A stretch of 64,000 nt of DNA, from positions 5,759-69,758 of the forward strand of contig JAIETW010000002.1 of the NCBI GenBank assembly GCA_019744845.1, in the 5' to 3' direction. The translations under genes were made by a program, and so were the position numbers. The DNA is from Patescibacteria group bacterium (GTDB lineage: Bacteria; Patescibacteriota; Minisyncoccia; Phycocordibacterales; Phycocordibacteraceae). Each line of letters begins with the position of its first letter. Within the stretch, counting starts at the first letter, position 1. Of this stretch, positions 32,662-43,210 are shown one piece after another. Below the pieces are notes generated by a model that saw only the letters and a program-made list of their open reading frames with translations, ran no database searches and was not told the origin of the DNA.

Positions 32662-33866
32662 AAAAGGTTTTAATCTTCTCGCTCAATTATTACCCTCGTT
32701 TTATTGGCGGGGCAGAGGTGGCGATTAAAGAAATCACCGATCGGCTTACCGATACTGAATTTCATGTCCTCACCCTTCGGTTTGACTCTACGCTTCCTAA
32801 GAAAGAAGTCATTGGCCGTACGACCGTGCATCGGATTGGGTTTGCGGTACCCAACCCTTCAATTGGAGACTTGAAGAAGTTCCCACTTCATTTCAACAAA
32901 CATTACTATCAGCTTGCGGCAGTAGGGAAGGCACTTGCGCTCCACCGCCAACATCATTTTGACGGTATCTGGGCAATGATGGCACATTCCTGCGCGATTC
33001 CCGCAGGCATCGTGAGATGGCGCACCGGGGTTCCGTATCTTCTTACTCTTCAAGAGGGAGATCCGCCTGAATATATAGAGCGCACTATGCGCCCCGTGTT
33101 TCCGCTCTTTAAAAATGGATTTACATCCGCCACACATCTACAAGCGATCTCTTCGTTCTTGCTTGCCTGGGGAATGCGCATGGGTTTTAAAGGAGATTCA
33201 GTCGTGATACCAAATGCAGTAGACACGGCGCGCTTTGGGATCTCTCTTTCTCCAGCAGAGCGAGCACAGGCACGCGAAACGATTGGTCTTCTCGCGGACG
33301 ATGTGGCGCTTGTCACCACGTCGCGATTGGTGCACAAGAATGCACTTGATGATGTGATTGCAGCACTTCCACTTCTCTCACCGAATGTGAAGTTTGTGGT
33401 GTATGGCATCGGACCAGATGAAGAGAAACTTCGTGATCAAGTACAAGAACTAGGACTTACTGATCGTGTGATGTTTATGGGTCAGTTGAATCACGTAGAT
33501 ATGCCGCGTGCACTTGCGGCGTGTGACATATTCATTCGCCCGTCGCGTTCGGAAGGAATGGGAAACTCTTTTGTTGAAGCGATGGCGGCAGGTCTGCCAG
33601 TGATTGCGACGCAAGAAGGAGGTATTGCAGACTTTCTTTTTGATGCCACTCGTAACCCTGATCGTCCTACGACGGGATGGGCAGTGGATGCGAATGCGCC
33701 ACTTCAAATCTCCAAAGCAGTACAGGATATTATCTCGCATCCAGAGAAGGTGGCAGAAGTGCTGAAGAATGCGCGAGCGCTTGCCGTAGAGAAGTACGAC
33801 TGGGAGACGGTCGCAAAGGACATGCGGAACCTGTTTACGCGCATGCTCGGGAACGCGGTACCATAG
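32652..33866 (+). CDS. Glycosyltransferase family 4
   Basis: GT-B, C-terminal sugar-donor-binding motifs (EGMGNSFVEAMAAGLPVIAT). Confidence 0.8.
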   Translation: MPMKKVLIFSLNYYPRFIGGAEVAIKEITDRLTDTEFHVLTLRFDSTLPKKEVIGRTTVHRIGFAVPNPSIGDLKKFPLHFNKHYYQLAAVGKALALHRQHHFDGIWAMMAHSCAIPAGIVRWRTGVPYLLTLQEGDPPEYIERTMRPVFPLFKNGFTSATHLQAISSFLLAWGMRMGFKGDSVVIPNAVDTARFGISLSPAERAQARETIGLLADDVALVTTSRLVHKNALDDVIAALPLLSPNVKFVVYGIGPDEEKLRDQVQELGLTDRVMFMGQLNHVDMPRALAACDIFIRPSRSEGMGNSFVEAMAAGLPVIATQEGGIADFLFDATRNPDRPTTGWAVDANAPLQISKAVQDIISHPEKVAEVLKNARALAVEKYDWETVAKDMRNLFTRMLGNAVP

Positions 33867-33870
33867 CGAT

Positions 33871-34956
33871 ATGCGGCTCGTGATTGCAACGCCTCTGTAT
33901 CCTCCTGACCTAGGAGGCCCTGCAACCTACACGACATTTCTTGAGCGTGAGTTACCTGCGGGAGGCATTGCAGTAGAAGTCGTGTCTTTTGCAGAGGTGC
34001 GCCATCTGCCGAAACTCGTACGGCATTTCTTTTATTACCGAAAGGTACTGAAGACGCTTCGTCGCTCTGATGCCGTGCTTGCCCTTGATCCTGTGTCAGT
34101 AGGAATGCCAGCGATGAAAGCTGCAGAGGAACTTAAGAAGCCACTCCTTCTTAAGGTGGTTGGAGATTATGCATGGGAGCAGGGAAGGCAGAGGTTTGGA
34201 GTCACTGCTCCTCTTGATGAATTTGTGAAAACTCCGCAGAGCTCTTCTTTTGTACGGTTCCTGCAGAAGACACAAAAGATGGTTGCGTCTCGTGCTGTAC
34301 GTATCATTGTCCCGAGCGAATATCTCAAGATGATTGTATCTGCATGGGGGATTCCGGAAACAAAGATTTCTGTGGTGTATAACCTTCCTGACGTATCAGA
34401 GATTGGCGAGGAGCGAGAGTTCGGACTTTCTTCTCCGCGAGTGGTGACTGTCGCGCGACTCGTTCCTTGGAAGGGAATACAGGGCCTTATGAACGCAGTC
34501 GCGAAAGCACGGGTCCATATCCCATCCCTCTCACTTTTGATCATAGGAGATGGCCCTGATCGTGCACAACTTGAAGCACATGCAAAAACTGTGCTCAGAG
34601 AGAACTACCTATTCACTGGAGCCCTCACACATAAAGATACGCTTGCGGCGATGCGTGGCTCAGAGGTGTTCGCACTCAATACCTCATACGAAGGGTTCTC
34701 TCATGTGCTTCTTGAGGCGGCGGCTCTTGGACTTCCTATCGTCACGACGCCAAGTGGAGGGAACCGTGAGCTTCTCACACACGATGAAAACGCACTTCTC
34801 GTGCCGCCTGAATCTGATGACGCGCTTGCCGAGTCACTCATACGCATTCTTCAACAGCCCGGGTTACGTGAACGCTTGTCTCACCATGCAAAGACAAAAG
34901 TAGAATCACTCGCAGGACCTGATGCACTTGTCTCTCTTATTTCTTCTTGCGTATGA
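33871..34956 (+). CDS. Glycosyltransferase family 4
   Basis: EGFSHVLLEAAALGLPIVTT motif. Confidence 0.8.
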   Translation: MRLVIATPLYPPDLGGPATYTTFLERELPAGGIAVEVVSFAEVRHLPKLVRHFFYYRKVLKTLRRSDAVLALDPVSVGMPAMKAAEELKKPLLLKVVGDYAWEQGRQRFGVTAPLDEFVKTPQSSSFVRFLQKTQKMVASRAVRIIVPSEYLKMIVSAWGIPETKISVVYNLPDVSEIGEEREFGLSSPRVVTVARLVPWKGIQGLMNAVAKARVHIPSLSLLIIGDGPDRAQLEAHAKTVLRENYLFTGALTHKDTLAAMRGSEVFALNTSYEGFSHVLLEAAALGLPIVTTPSGGNRELLTHDENALLVPPESDDALAESLIRILQQPGLRERLSHHAKTKVESLAGPDALVSLISSCV

Positions 34957-36086
34957 GAGTGCTTTTTATTTCCAATGATCCATCAATGTTTGAAGAGGGA
35001 AGTGACGTACGTCACCGCATGCAGGAATATGCGAAGGTATTAGGAGAACTTCATATCGTCTCTGCCGCATCCCGCACCACGGTCATACAAGAAGGACCAC
35101 TGACACTCCATGGGACATCCGCTCCGAAGTTTCTTCGTGTACAAACTCTTGAATCCATGGCGCGCGCAGTAATTCGTGCACACGATATAGAAGTCGTGTC
35201 GGCACAGGATCCTTTTGAATATGGGCGCGTTGCCATGCGAGCGACGCGTGGTACTTCTGCACGTCTCCATATACAGGTGCACACGGACTTTCTTTCTCCG
35301 TGGTTTATTCGTTCAGGAAACGAACGTTCGCCACGGGTTCCAGTCCCTACGCTTAACCATGTGCGCCGCCGCATTGCAGATACGGTGCTTCCTAAGGCAG
35401 ATGGTATACGAACCGTATCGGTACGGGTACGTGATTCCTTGATTGAACGGTATGGAAACCGTATCCCTGTCCCGACGGTTATACCGATTGGTGTGCAGGG
35501 CGAGGTGCCGGAACCAGTCCCACTTCCATCGCACTCATTTTCTTTCGCACTCATTACGGTGGGTCGCCTGGAAGCAGAGAAACGCATTGAGGATATCCTC
35601 TACGCGCTTGCACGTGTGGGGTACAAGTATACGACTGTGGGGCTGGTGATTGTGGGGGATGGGCGACGTCGGAAATACCTAGAACAACTAGTGCGACGAC
35701 TTGGTCTCACGAGCCGTGTGATCTTCACAGGATGGAGAGATGATTCATGGGGAATGATGCGAAGTGCACATGCGTACATCCAAGCGAGTGCATATGAAGG
35801 ATATGGGCGCACGCTTCTTGAGGCGGCGCGCGCACGACTTCCCATCATTACGACCGACGTGGGGATCGTGGGAGATGTGCTCAGAGGATATGAAGAAGTG
35901 CTTGCCGCTCCTGTCGGCGACCCTGCCGCCCTCGCCACACATATTATTGGTATGGTAGAAGACGTGCAGGCACGAGAGACCTTTGCGGCAGAAGCAAAGC
36001 GCGTCGCAGACGCATACTGTGCAGGACTTCCGAGCCTCCCAGAAGCGATGCGTGATGACCTTGCTCGCATTACTAGTACGGGGTAA
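34947..36086 (+). CDS. Glycosyltransferase family 4
   Basis: EGYGRTLLEAARARLPIITT motif. Confidence 0.75.
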   Translation: MRMRVLFISNDPSMFEEGSDVRHRMQEYAKVLGELHIVSAASRTTVIQEGPLTLHGTSAPKFLRVQTLESMARAVIRAHDIEVVSAQDPFEYGRVAMRATRGTSARLHIQVHTDFLSPWFIRSGNERSPRVPVPTLNHVRRRIADTVLPKADGIRTVSVRVRDSLIERYGNRIPVPTVIPIGVQGEVPEPVPLPSHSFSFALITVGRLEAEKRIEDILYALARVGYKYTTVGLVIVGDGRRRKYLEQLVRRLGLTSRVIFTGWRDDSWGMMRSAHAYIQASAYEGYGRTLLEAARARLPIITTDVGIVGDVLRGYEEVLAAPVGDPAALATHIIGMVEDVQARETFAAEAKRVADAYCAGLPSLPEAMRDDLARITSTG

Positions 36087-36097
36087 TACTTGAGGAT

Positions 36098-37438
36098 ATG
36101 ACACCACATGCACGGGCGTATTTTGGTACCGACGGGGTACGTGGCAGGGTAGGAGAGCCTCCACTGACTGCAGACTTCGCCCTTAGGCTTGCGAACGCCG
36201 CAGGACGCGTTCTGGCGCCTCATGGAGGCACAGTCCTCATTGGGAAAGACACGCGCCTCTCAGGATATCTCTTTGAGTCTGCTCTTGAGGCAGGTTTTGT
36301 CGCTGCGGGAGTAGACGTCCTTCTCATTGGTCCACTTCCAACTCCAGGTATTGCGTGCATGACCCGACATTTTAACTGTGACTTCGGTGTAGTGATCAGT
36401 GCCTCACATAACCGGTATGAGGATAATGGGATCAAGTTTTTTGATAAGAATGGAGAGAAACTTTCCGATGAACTTGAGGCAAAGATAGAAGCTCTTCTTG
36501 AAGAGGGACCGATCACTAAGAAATCAGAAGATCTCGGTCGTGCCTCTCGCGTAGATAAGTCACGCGTGGAGTATCAGAAGTTCTGCGCATCTACCGTTTC
36601 TGATCTAGACCTCTCTGGTATGCGTCTTGTGGTGGATTGTGGAAATGGTGCCGGGTTTAAGGTGGGGCCGCGTGTGTTCACTGATCTTGGTGCGAACGTA
36701 GTACCCGTCGGCACTGCGCCGAATGGCACGAATATTAACGATGGGTGCGGCGCAACTGCACCTGAATTGATGCAGCTTCTGACAAAAAGCCTGAAGGCAG
36801 ACGCAGGTATTGCATTTGATGGGGATGGAGATCGTCTCATCATGGCGGACCGTGACGGGAACATGGTAGATGGAGATCAGATTCTCTACATTCTTGCGAT
36901 GGCGAAGAAGGAAGACGGCTCACTCAAGGGACCGGTGATCGGCACACTCATGAGCAACCTTGGACTTGAGGTGGCGCTTACGAACGCAGGCATTCCTTTC
37001 ACACGTGCACAGGTGGGTGACCGGTACGTGCTTGAACTTCTTCACAAAGAACACGGTACGCTCGGAGGGGAAACGTCAGGCCACGTATTGGTGCTTGATA
37101 AGGCAACGACAGGAGATGCGATTGTAGCGGCACTGCAGGTACTCGCCGTCATGAAACGTACTGGGAAGTCGCTTGGAGAGCTCACTCTCGGCATGCAGAA
37201 GTTTCCACAAGTCATGATTAACGTAGAGGTGAAGGAGAAAGGGGATCCTACCTCTATTCCTGAACTTACGCAGGCAGTGAGTGCTGCAGAAGCAGCGCTC
37301 GGAAACGAAGGGCGCATTGTGCTTCGTGCGTCAGGTACCGAGCCAGTGATACGAGTGATGGTAGAGGCCCGAGATGAAGCAACGGCACGGGAGCATGCAG
37401 AGATCCTTGCGGAGGTGGTGCGTATGGCAAAAGGATGA
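36098..37438 (+). CDS. glmM: Phosphoglucosamine mutase
   Basis: YFGTDGVRGRVGEPPLTADFALRLANAAG and SASHNRYEDNGIKFF phosphoserine loop. Confidence 0.85.
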   Translation: MTPHARAYFGTDGVRGRVGEPPLTADFALRLANAAGRVLAPHGGTVLIGKDTRLSGYLFESALEAGFVAAGVDVLLIGPLPTPGIACMTRHFNCDFGVVISASHNRYEDNGIKFFDKNGEKLSDELEAKIEALLEEGPITKKSEDLGRASRVDKSRVEYQKFCASTVSDLDLSGMRLVVDCGNGAGFKVGPRVFTDLGANVVPVGTAPNGTNINDGCGATAPELMQLLTKSLKADAGIAFDGDGDRLIMADRDGNMVDGDQILYILAMAKKEDGSLKGPVIGTLMSNLGLEVALTNAGIPFTRAQVGDRYVLELLHKEHGTLGGETSGHVLVLDKATTGDAIVAALQVLAVMKRTGKSLGELTLGMQKFPQVMINVEVKEKGDPTSIPELTQAVSAAEAALGNEGRIVLRASGTEPVIRVMVEARDEATAREHAEILAEVVRMAKG

Positions 37439-38466
37439 GAATCCTTGTTGTTACCCAAGCGCTTGATACGGACCATCCGGTTCTCGGGTTCTTTCATCGG
37501 TGGGTAGAAGAGCTTGCACCGCGTGTGTCATCTCTACATGTCATTGCATTATCAGTCGGTACACACGCGGTTCCAGAGAACGTAACCGTGCATTCTCTAG
37601 GGAAGGAGACGGGAGTGCAGCCTTCCTTTATATATGCATGGAGATTCCTGTCTCGTGCGTGGGCATTGAGACATGAATATGATGTTGTGTTCGTACACAT
37701 GAACCAGGAGTATGTATTCCTCGCTGGTCTTATGTGGAAGATGCTTGGGAAGCGCGTGTATCTATGGCGCAATCACTATGCGGGATCATTGTTGACCGAT
37801 GTTGCGTCTATATGGTGCGAGAAAGTTTTTTATACGTCACGAAGCTCATACACCGCACGATATGCGCACGCAGTCCGCATGCCCGTTGGTGTTGAGGTGG
37901 TCACGACTCCTCAGTCCATATCGCGAAAAAAGCAGTCGGTGCTCTGGCTCGGTCGTATCTCTCCTGCAAAGCGACCGGAGTTGTTTGTATCTGCATTGAA
38001 GATACTGAAGGAGCGAGGGGTGGCGTATACCGCAACGGTAGTGGGGTCGCCACTCCCTAAAGATCAGAGATACTATGAATCACTTGTTTCTGAAGCGTCT
38101 GCTCTGGGAGGATCAGTGTCGTTTCTACCTGAGGTGCGACATGCAGATACGCATGCTCTTTTTTCAGCACATGAGTATTTCGTCAACACGTCTCCGTCAG
38201 GCATGTTTGATAAAACAATATTTGAAGCAGCTGCTTCGGACACGATTCCGCTTGCAGTAAGTAATGATTGGCGTGAACTCGTGGACGATGAACGTTTATC
38301 GTTCGGAGCAGACGCACGAGAACTCGCCAACCGCCTAGAAGCCCTTTCTAGCCTTTCAGAGTCTGAGCGACAGGACCTTGTATCTTCACTGCCCACGAAG
38401 GTGGTCACACCACATCGTATTGAGACACTTATGGACCGACTCTTGAAGGAGATGCAAAATACGTAA
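37435..38466 (+). CDS. Glycosyltransferase (GT-B, family 4-like)
   Basis: MRILVVTQALDTDHPVLGFF... typical GT1/GT4 N-terminus. Confidence 0.7.
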   Translation: MRILVVTQALDTDHPVLGFFHRWVEELAPRVSSLHVIALSVGTHAVPENVTVHSLGKETGVQPSFIYAWRFLSRAWALRHEYDVVFVHMNQEYVFLAGLMWKMLGKRVYLWRNHYAGSLLTDVASIWCEKVFYTSRSSYTARYAHAVRMPVGVEVVTTPQSISRKKQSVLWLGRISPAKRPELFVSALKILKERGVAYTATVVGSPLPKDQRYYESLVSEASALGGSVSFLPEVRHADTHALFSAHEYFVNTSPSGMFDKTIFEAAASDTIPLAVSNDWRELVDDERLSFGADARELANRLEALSSLSESERQDLVSSLPTKVVTPHRIETLMDRLLKEMQNT

Positions 38467-38467
38467 T

Positions 38468-39112
38468 ATGACTCATCTTGCACCTACCAGGTCTCTTCTT
38501 CGTCGCGAAGAGTATAAAGCGATTCAGAGCGTCGTCCTTAATGGGGAGGTGCTTGATATAGGCGGTGTTCCAGACGCTCTGTATCACACGCATATAAAAG
38601 GGAGCCACCATATCGTCACGGCAAACATAGATCCAACGACAGGGGCAGACTATACATTTGATGCACAGAAACCCTGGCCGCTTCCCTCAGAGAGTTTTAA
38701 CGGTGTGGTGTGTATGAATGTACTTGAACACCTGTATACACCTGCACCGATGCTTGCGGAGGCACGGCGCGTACTTTCTGCTGAGGGAAAGATAGTAGGC
38801 ACTGTTCCATTTCTGTTCCATATACATGCGTCTCCTGACGACTACTTCCGGTATACCAAAAGTGCACTGACACGATTACTGTCTGATGCAGGCTTCACAC
38901 ATATTCAGGTGAAGGAGCTCGGTACGGGTGCTTTTGCCGTGCTGTATCACTCTCTCGTAGGATTCATGCGCTGGAACTGGATGGCGTCGTTTTTCATGAT
39001 GCTGTGCACGGGCATTGATCGTCTTATATATAAAATACGACCTCACAATCAAATGTCGGCGGTAGAGTTTCCACTAGGCTATATCTTTGAAGCCTCGGTG
39101 CCGAAGAAGTAG
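38468..39112 (+). CDS. Class I SAM-dependent methyltransferase
   Basis: VLDIGGVPDALY... and VVCMNVLEHL motifs. Confidence 0.7.
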   Translation: MTHLAPTRSLLRREEYKAIQSVVLNGEVLDIGGVPDALYHTHIKGSHHIVTANIDPTTGADYTFDAQKPWPLPSESFNGVVCMNVLEHLYTPAPMLAEARRVLSAEGKIVGTVPFLFHIHASPDDYFRYTKSALTRLLSDAGFTHIQVKELGTGAFAVLYHSLVGFMRWNWMASFFMMLCTGIDRLIYKIRPHNQMSAVEFPLGYIFEASVPKK

Positions 39113-39132
39113 CGTCGTGCTAGCATCTTCTT

Positions 39133-39777
39133 ATGCAATCCCTCGAGGCGGTCTACCATGAGCACCATACGAAGCGTCGTGGGGAATTCTTTCTCGTGAA
39201 CGGAGACGCGCGCGGAAGATTTCTACAGGAGCATGTGGGGAAGGGGAAGAAAGTGCTTGATATAGGATGCCGTGATGGCGCACTCACCAGCTACTACGCA
39301 GAAGGGAATGAGGTCACAGGAATAGATATTGACTCAGATGCGCTCGCACGTGCCAAAGAGAAGCTCGGCATTACAACTATCCATGCTGACTTGAATGGTG
39401 AGTGGCCAGTCACTCCTAGTTTTACCACCGTGGTTGCCTGCGAGATCATAGAACATTTGTACTACCCAGGAACGGTGCTTAAGAAAATACACGCAGTGCT
39501 TGCACCAGGTGGGGTGCTTCTCGGAACGATTCCCCACGCATTTTCATTCCAGTGTCGTCTCCGCTACCTTTTTGCCACGAAGAAGGGCACGCCTCTTCAG
39601 GATCCGACGCACATCAATCACTTCACCGTACGTGAACTACGTACTTTGATTGAAGCGGCAGGGTTTACCAATGTCCGCATAGAAACTATTACTGCAACGA
39701 AATGGGCGCTCGTAAGCTGGCTCTTCCCCTATACCTTTGCGCACTCACTTATGTTCTCCGCAGAGAAAGCCGCTTAA
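39133..39777 (+). CDS. Class I SAM-dependent methyltransferase
   Basis: VLDIGCRDGALTSYY..., VVACEIIEHLYYP; paralogous in fold to preceding gene. Confidence 0.7.
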   Translation: MQSLEAVYHEHHTKRRGEFFLVNGDARGRFLQEHVGKGKKVLDIGCRDGALTSYYAEGNEVTGIDIDSDALARAKEKLGITTIHADLNGEWPVTPSFTTVVACEIIEHLYYPGTVLKKIHAVLAPGGVLLGTIPHAFSFQCRLRYLFATKKGTPLQDPTHINHFTVRELRTLIEAAGFTNVRIETITATKWALVSWLFPYTFAHSLMFSAEKAA

Positions 39778-41024
39778 CGTCGCAAGAGAAGAAAGGATGC
39801 AGAGACGGTAAGTACAAGCGCGACAAGAATCTTCGCAGTGATAAGACCCCAGAGTCCATAGAGCGCGATCCCAAAGAACTGGAGGATAATACCAATCACT
39901 GGGAGCGCCGTATTAAACACATAGAGCGAGCGAATCTGGCGTTGCGCAATCAACGCCGCAGAGAATATAGAGCCTACCGTGGTGATCATAGAAAGCGCGT
40001 AGACTTGTGAGAAAGGAATAGCAGCCATGTAGGTAGGGAAGAGAATCATAAAGATGAATGGCGCGATAAGAGCATACGCGCCCGCAAGAAGTGCGACGAG
40101 AACTACCACCCACACCATCCGACTCCAGGACAATGCCTCTTTCGTTGCCTCCTCAGTCTGAGTGGCGAGCATAGGAAGCATGGATGCAGGAATAAACTTC
40201 AAGAGACCACCAAGACGATCAGGAATTGCAGTCGCAAATGCGTAGACGGCGAGTGTCGCTGGGCCGAGGAAGTGAAATACCAAGAAGTTATCTAGTTGCT
40301 GTGCGACGGTACCCAAGATACCCATGACACTCAAGTGTCCGCCAAAAGCAGACGTTTCTTTGTCAGTAGTTTCGTTTGGAGGATGCACGCGGAGTGTGCG
40401 GCGATGTGCAATATAGTGTGCAATTGCTTGGGAGACAAAATGTACGACAAGCAAGATAAGTGCAGAGGCGTGCGCAAAGGCCGCAAGAATGAGTGCGCTG
40501 TAGAACAAAAGATTCACCCAGAGGTTGTAGGTGAAGCTTCGCTTGAAGTCTTTCTTTCCAATCAGGTACGCACCATAGGTGTTGAGAGAGTAGGTGAGGG
40601 GCACAAAAATGCCAAGAATCACAAACCCAACACCGAAGGGTACGTTACCGCGCAAGAAATAGTAACCGGCAATACACAGCGCGACGGCAAGAGGAATCAG
40701 TCCCCAGCGAAGCTGCGTGCGGAGTGAAGAACGGAACATGCCTTCGTTGCCACGGGCGACCGCACGAATCACCGCGCTGTTCATTCCGGTCAGAGTGAGC
40801 GCGCCGAGCAGTCCTCCTGCGGAGAGGAAGTATTGGTAGATACCGTAGGTTTCAGGAGAGAGGGTTCGGGCGAACACGGTATAGAGCGCAAGGGAGAAAA
40901 GGGACGTGAGGACCACTCCTAGGTTTATCCAAAACCCGCTTCCAGCCAAATAGACCATATCGGTCTTGGTGTACTGCTCACTCCAGCGAAGGGCCTGAAG
41001 TGCTCTGGTTTTAAGATAGTCCAT
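39774..41024 (-). CDS. Polysaccharide flippase (Wzx/MOP superfamily)
   Basis: 416 aa, about 12 TM helices, typical oligosaccharide flippase composition. Confidence 0.75.
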   Translation of the reverse strand: MDYLKTRALQALRWSEQYTKTDMVYLAGSGFWINLGVVLTSLFSLALYTVFARTLSPETYGIYQYFLSAGGLLGALTLTGMNSAVIRAVARGNEGMFRSSLRTQLRWGLIPLAVALCIAGYYFLRGNVPFGVGFVILGIFVPLTYSLNTYGAYLIGKKDFKRSFTYNLWVNLLFYSALILAAFAHASALILLVVHFVSQAIAHYIAHRRTLRVHPPNETTDKETSAFGGHLSVMGILGTVAQQLDNFLVFHFLGPATLAVYAFATAIPDRLGGLLKFIPASMLPMLATQTEEATKEALSWSRMVWVVVLVALLAGAYALIAPFIFMILFPTYMAAIPFSQVYALSMITTVGSIFSAALIAQRQIRSLYVFNTALPVIGIILQFFGIALYGLWGLITAKILVALVLTVSASFLLLRR

Positions 41025-41038
41025 AGGGAGGAACGCTC

Positions 41039-43210
41039 ATGGTATATACTAGCAACACTATGGAAAAGGTTACGCGATATATAGTCCTCGCGGCCCTATT
41101 TCTCATCCCCTTTATCCCGCTCTACGTAGCGAACGGCTCCTTCTTTCCCTTTATTGCAGGGAAGGGGTTTGCCTTCCGCATTCTGGTGGAGATCGCCTTT
41201 TTCGGGTGGTTGATCCTTGCGTTTGCGAATAAAGAGTACCGTCCACGCTTCTCGTGGACCTTCCTTATATATGGAGTGTTCGCCGTATGGATGTTTATCG
41301 CGAACCTCTTTGCGATAGACCCGCAGAAAGCGTTCTGGAGTAACTTTGAGCGCATGGATGGATGGGTGACCATCGCACACCTCCTGATGTTCTTTGTAGT
41401 GGCTGGGGTGATGTTTGCGAAAGAGGCACTCCGACAGACCTGGTGGCGTGTATTTATTGCTGGTGCGGCACTGACGTGTAGTGTCGGGCTGCTTCAACTT
41501 GCAGGGTTCTTCCCAATCAATCAGGGTGCACTCCGCGTGGATGCAACCTTTGGGAATGCAATTTACTTTGCTGTGTATCTGATGTTCGCGCTTGGCGTTA
41601 CGATTTGGCAAGCATTCCGTGCACAAGGATGGATACGCTTCGCACTCTTGGTACTTGCCGCAGTTGAGCTCGTTCTGCTTCTTCTTACCGCGTCGCGCGG
41701 TGCACTCATCGCGACCTTCGGCGCGCTTGTGTTTGCTGCATTGTGGACGGCGTGGCGCGCAGGTCCGAGTGGCCGCAAGGCAGCCGTCGCTACATTGGTA
41801 GGGCTCGTCGTCGTGGTGGGCGGATTCTTCCTTGTCCGTAATACGCCGATGGTGACCAGTGAGCCCGTAATTGCGCGGCTTGCCACGGTCTTCTCTATTG
41901 GGGAAGAGCTGCAGACCCGATTTGCGATCTGGGACATCGCGCTCAAGGGAGTCGCAGAGCGTCCAGTGACTGGATGGGGTCAGGAAGGATTCAATTATGT
42001 ATTTACGAAATACTACGAACCATCCTTGTATGCACAGGAGCCGTTCTTTGATCGCGCACACAATACCTACCTTGATTGGTTAATTGCGGGCGGTGTACCT
42101 GCGCTCTTGCTGTTCCTCGGGCTTCTTCTGACGAGCGTGATCGCTCTTATGCGTGCACCGATTACTCGTGATGAGCGGCTGCTCCTTCTCTCATTGTTGG
42201 TGGCCTACGGCATTCAGGCACTGGTAGTGTTTGATAATCTTTTTACCTACGTCCCGCTCATCTTCATTCTTGCGACTGCACATATTGTTTCCTCCCGTCC
42301 AATTAAATCTCTAGAACAGGCAGGAACGATTCCAGAGGAAGGGCTCGGTATTGTAGTGGTGCCTGCAGTTTTGGCGGTGTTTGTTGCCGTACTGTGGCTC
42401 GTGAATGTACCGAACATTGCGACGATGAATGGCCTCATCACCGCACAGCGCCCGAATCAAGCAGGAGTCGCAGAAAACTACCGTCTCTTTGAAGAGGTCA
42501 CTACTCACAATTCCTTTGGATCTCAAGAAGTCGCAGAGCAGCTTGCACAGTTTTCTATACGAGTGGCTGCGGAGCCGTCTATTCCTGATCAAGTAAAGCT
42601 GCAGTTCCTCTCTCTTGCACTTAAGGAGATTGATGAGGAGATTGCGCGCATTCCGCGAGAAGTGCGTTTGTACCTCCAGCGCGCTGCAATCTTCCGCGCA
42701 GCAGGAGACTATGAAAACGCAATTCGTTCCATAGACGCTGCGCTCGCTATTTCTCCGAAGAAACAAACGATTCTTATAGAGAAGGGACTCACGCTGGGGA
42801 AGGCAGGACAGACCACTTCATCACGTGAGACGTTCTACGAAGCATACAATCTTGATACCTCATTCACTGACACCCTTATTCTCTTTGCCGCGAGCGAGAT
42901 AGAGAATGGTCGCGTGGCACATGCACATAGTATGTTGCTTACTGAATTCGGTACGACGACAGTAGATCATGATGCACTCTGGGCGGCCTACGCAGGAACG
43001 AATAACCTCACGGAGCTGGTCACCCTTCAGCGCCTCCGTATTAGTAATATGAATGATGCGCCCGAGCAGCGTTTCTTGCTCGCACGCATCCTCGGGTTTG
43101 CGGGTCAGAAAGAAGAGGCGTTTGCGGAGATTGCGGCGCTTGTGGCAGAGTACCCGCAGTTTAGAGCAGACGCTGCTACTATTCGTGCTCAAATTGAAGC
43201 GCTTCCGTAA
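41039..43210 (+). CDS. O-antigen ligase/polymerase-like membrane protein with C-terminal TPR region
   Basis: Multi-TM N-terminal 400 aa with Wzy_C-like loop; C-terminal 250 aa helical repeats (AALAISPKKQTILIEKGLTLGKAGQ...). Confidence 0.7.
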   Translation: MVYTSNTMEKVTRYIVLAALFLIPFIPLYVANGSFFPFIAGKGFAFRILVEIAFFGWLILAFANKEYRPRFSWTFLIYGVFAVWMFIANLFAIDPQKAFWSNFERMDGWVTIAHLLMFFVVAGVMFAKEALRQTWWRVFIAGAALTCSVGLLQLAGFFPINQGALRVDATFGNAIYFAVYLMFALGVTIWQAFRAQGWIRFALLVLAAVELVLLLLTASRGALIATFGALVFAALWTAWRAGPSGRKAAVATLVGLVVVVGGFFLVRNTPMVTSEPVIARLATVFSIGEELQTRFAIWDIALKGVAERPVTGWGQEGFNYVFTKYYEPSLYAQEPFFDRAHNTYLDWLIAGGVPALLLFLGLLLTSVIALMRAPITRDERLLLLSLLVAYGIQALVVFDNLFTYVPLIFILATAHIVSSRPIKSLEQAGTIPEEGLGIVVVPAVLAVFVAVLWLVNVPNIATMNGLITAQRPNQAGVAENYRLFEEVTTHNSFGSQEVAEQLAQFSIRVAAEPSIPDQVKLQFLSLALKEIDEEIARIPREVRLYLQRAAIFRAAGDYENAIRSIDAALAISPKKQTILIEKGLTLGKAGQTTSSRETFYEAYNLDTSFTDTLILFAASEIENGRVAHAHSMLLTEFGTTTVDHDALWAAYAGTNNLTELVTLQRLRISNMNDAPEQRFLLARILGFAGQKEEAFAEIAALVAEYPQFRADAATIRAQIEALP

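Noticed and set aside
41096-42061. 321-aa minus-strand ORF
   Set aside because: Antisense to the O-antigen-ligase-like gene; Cys/His/Arg/Lys-rich nonsense composition.
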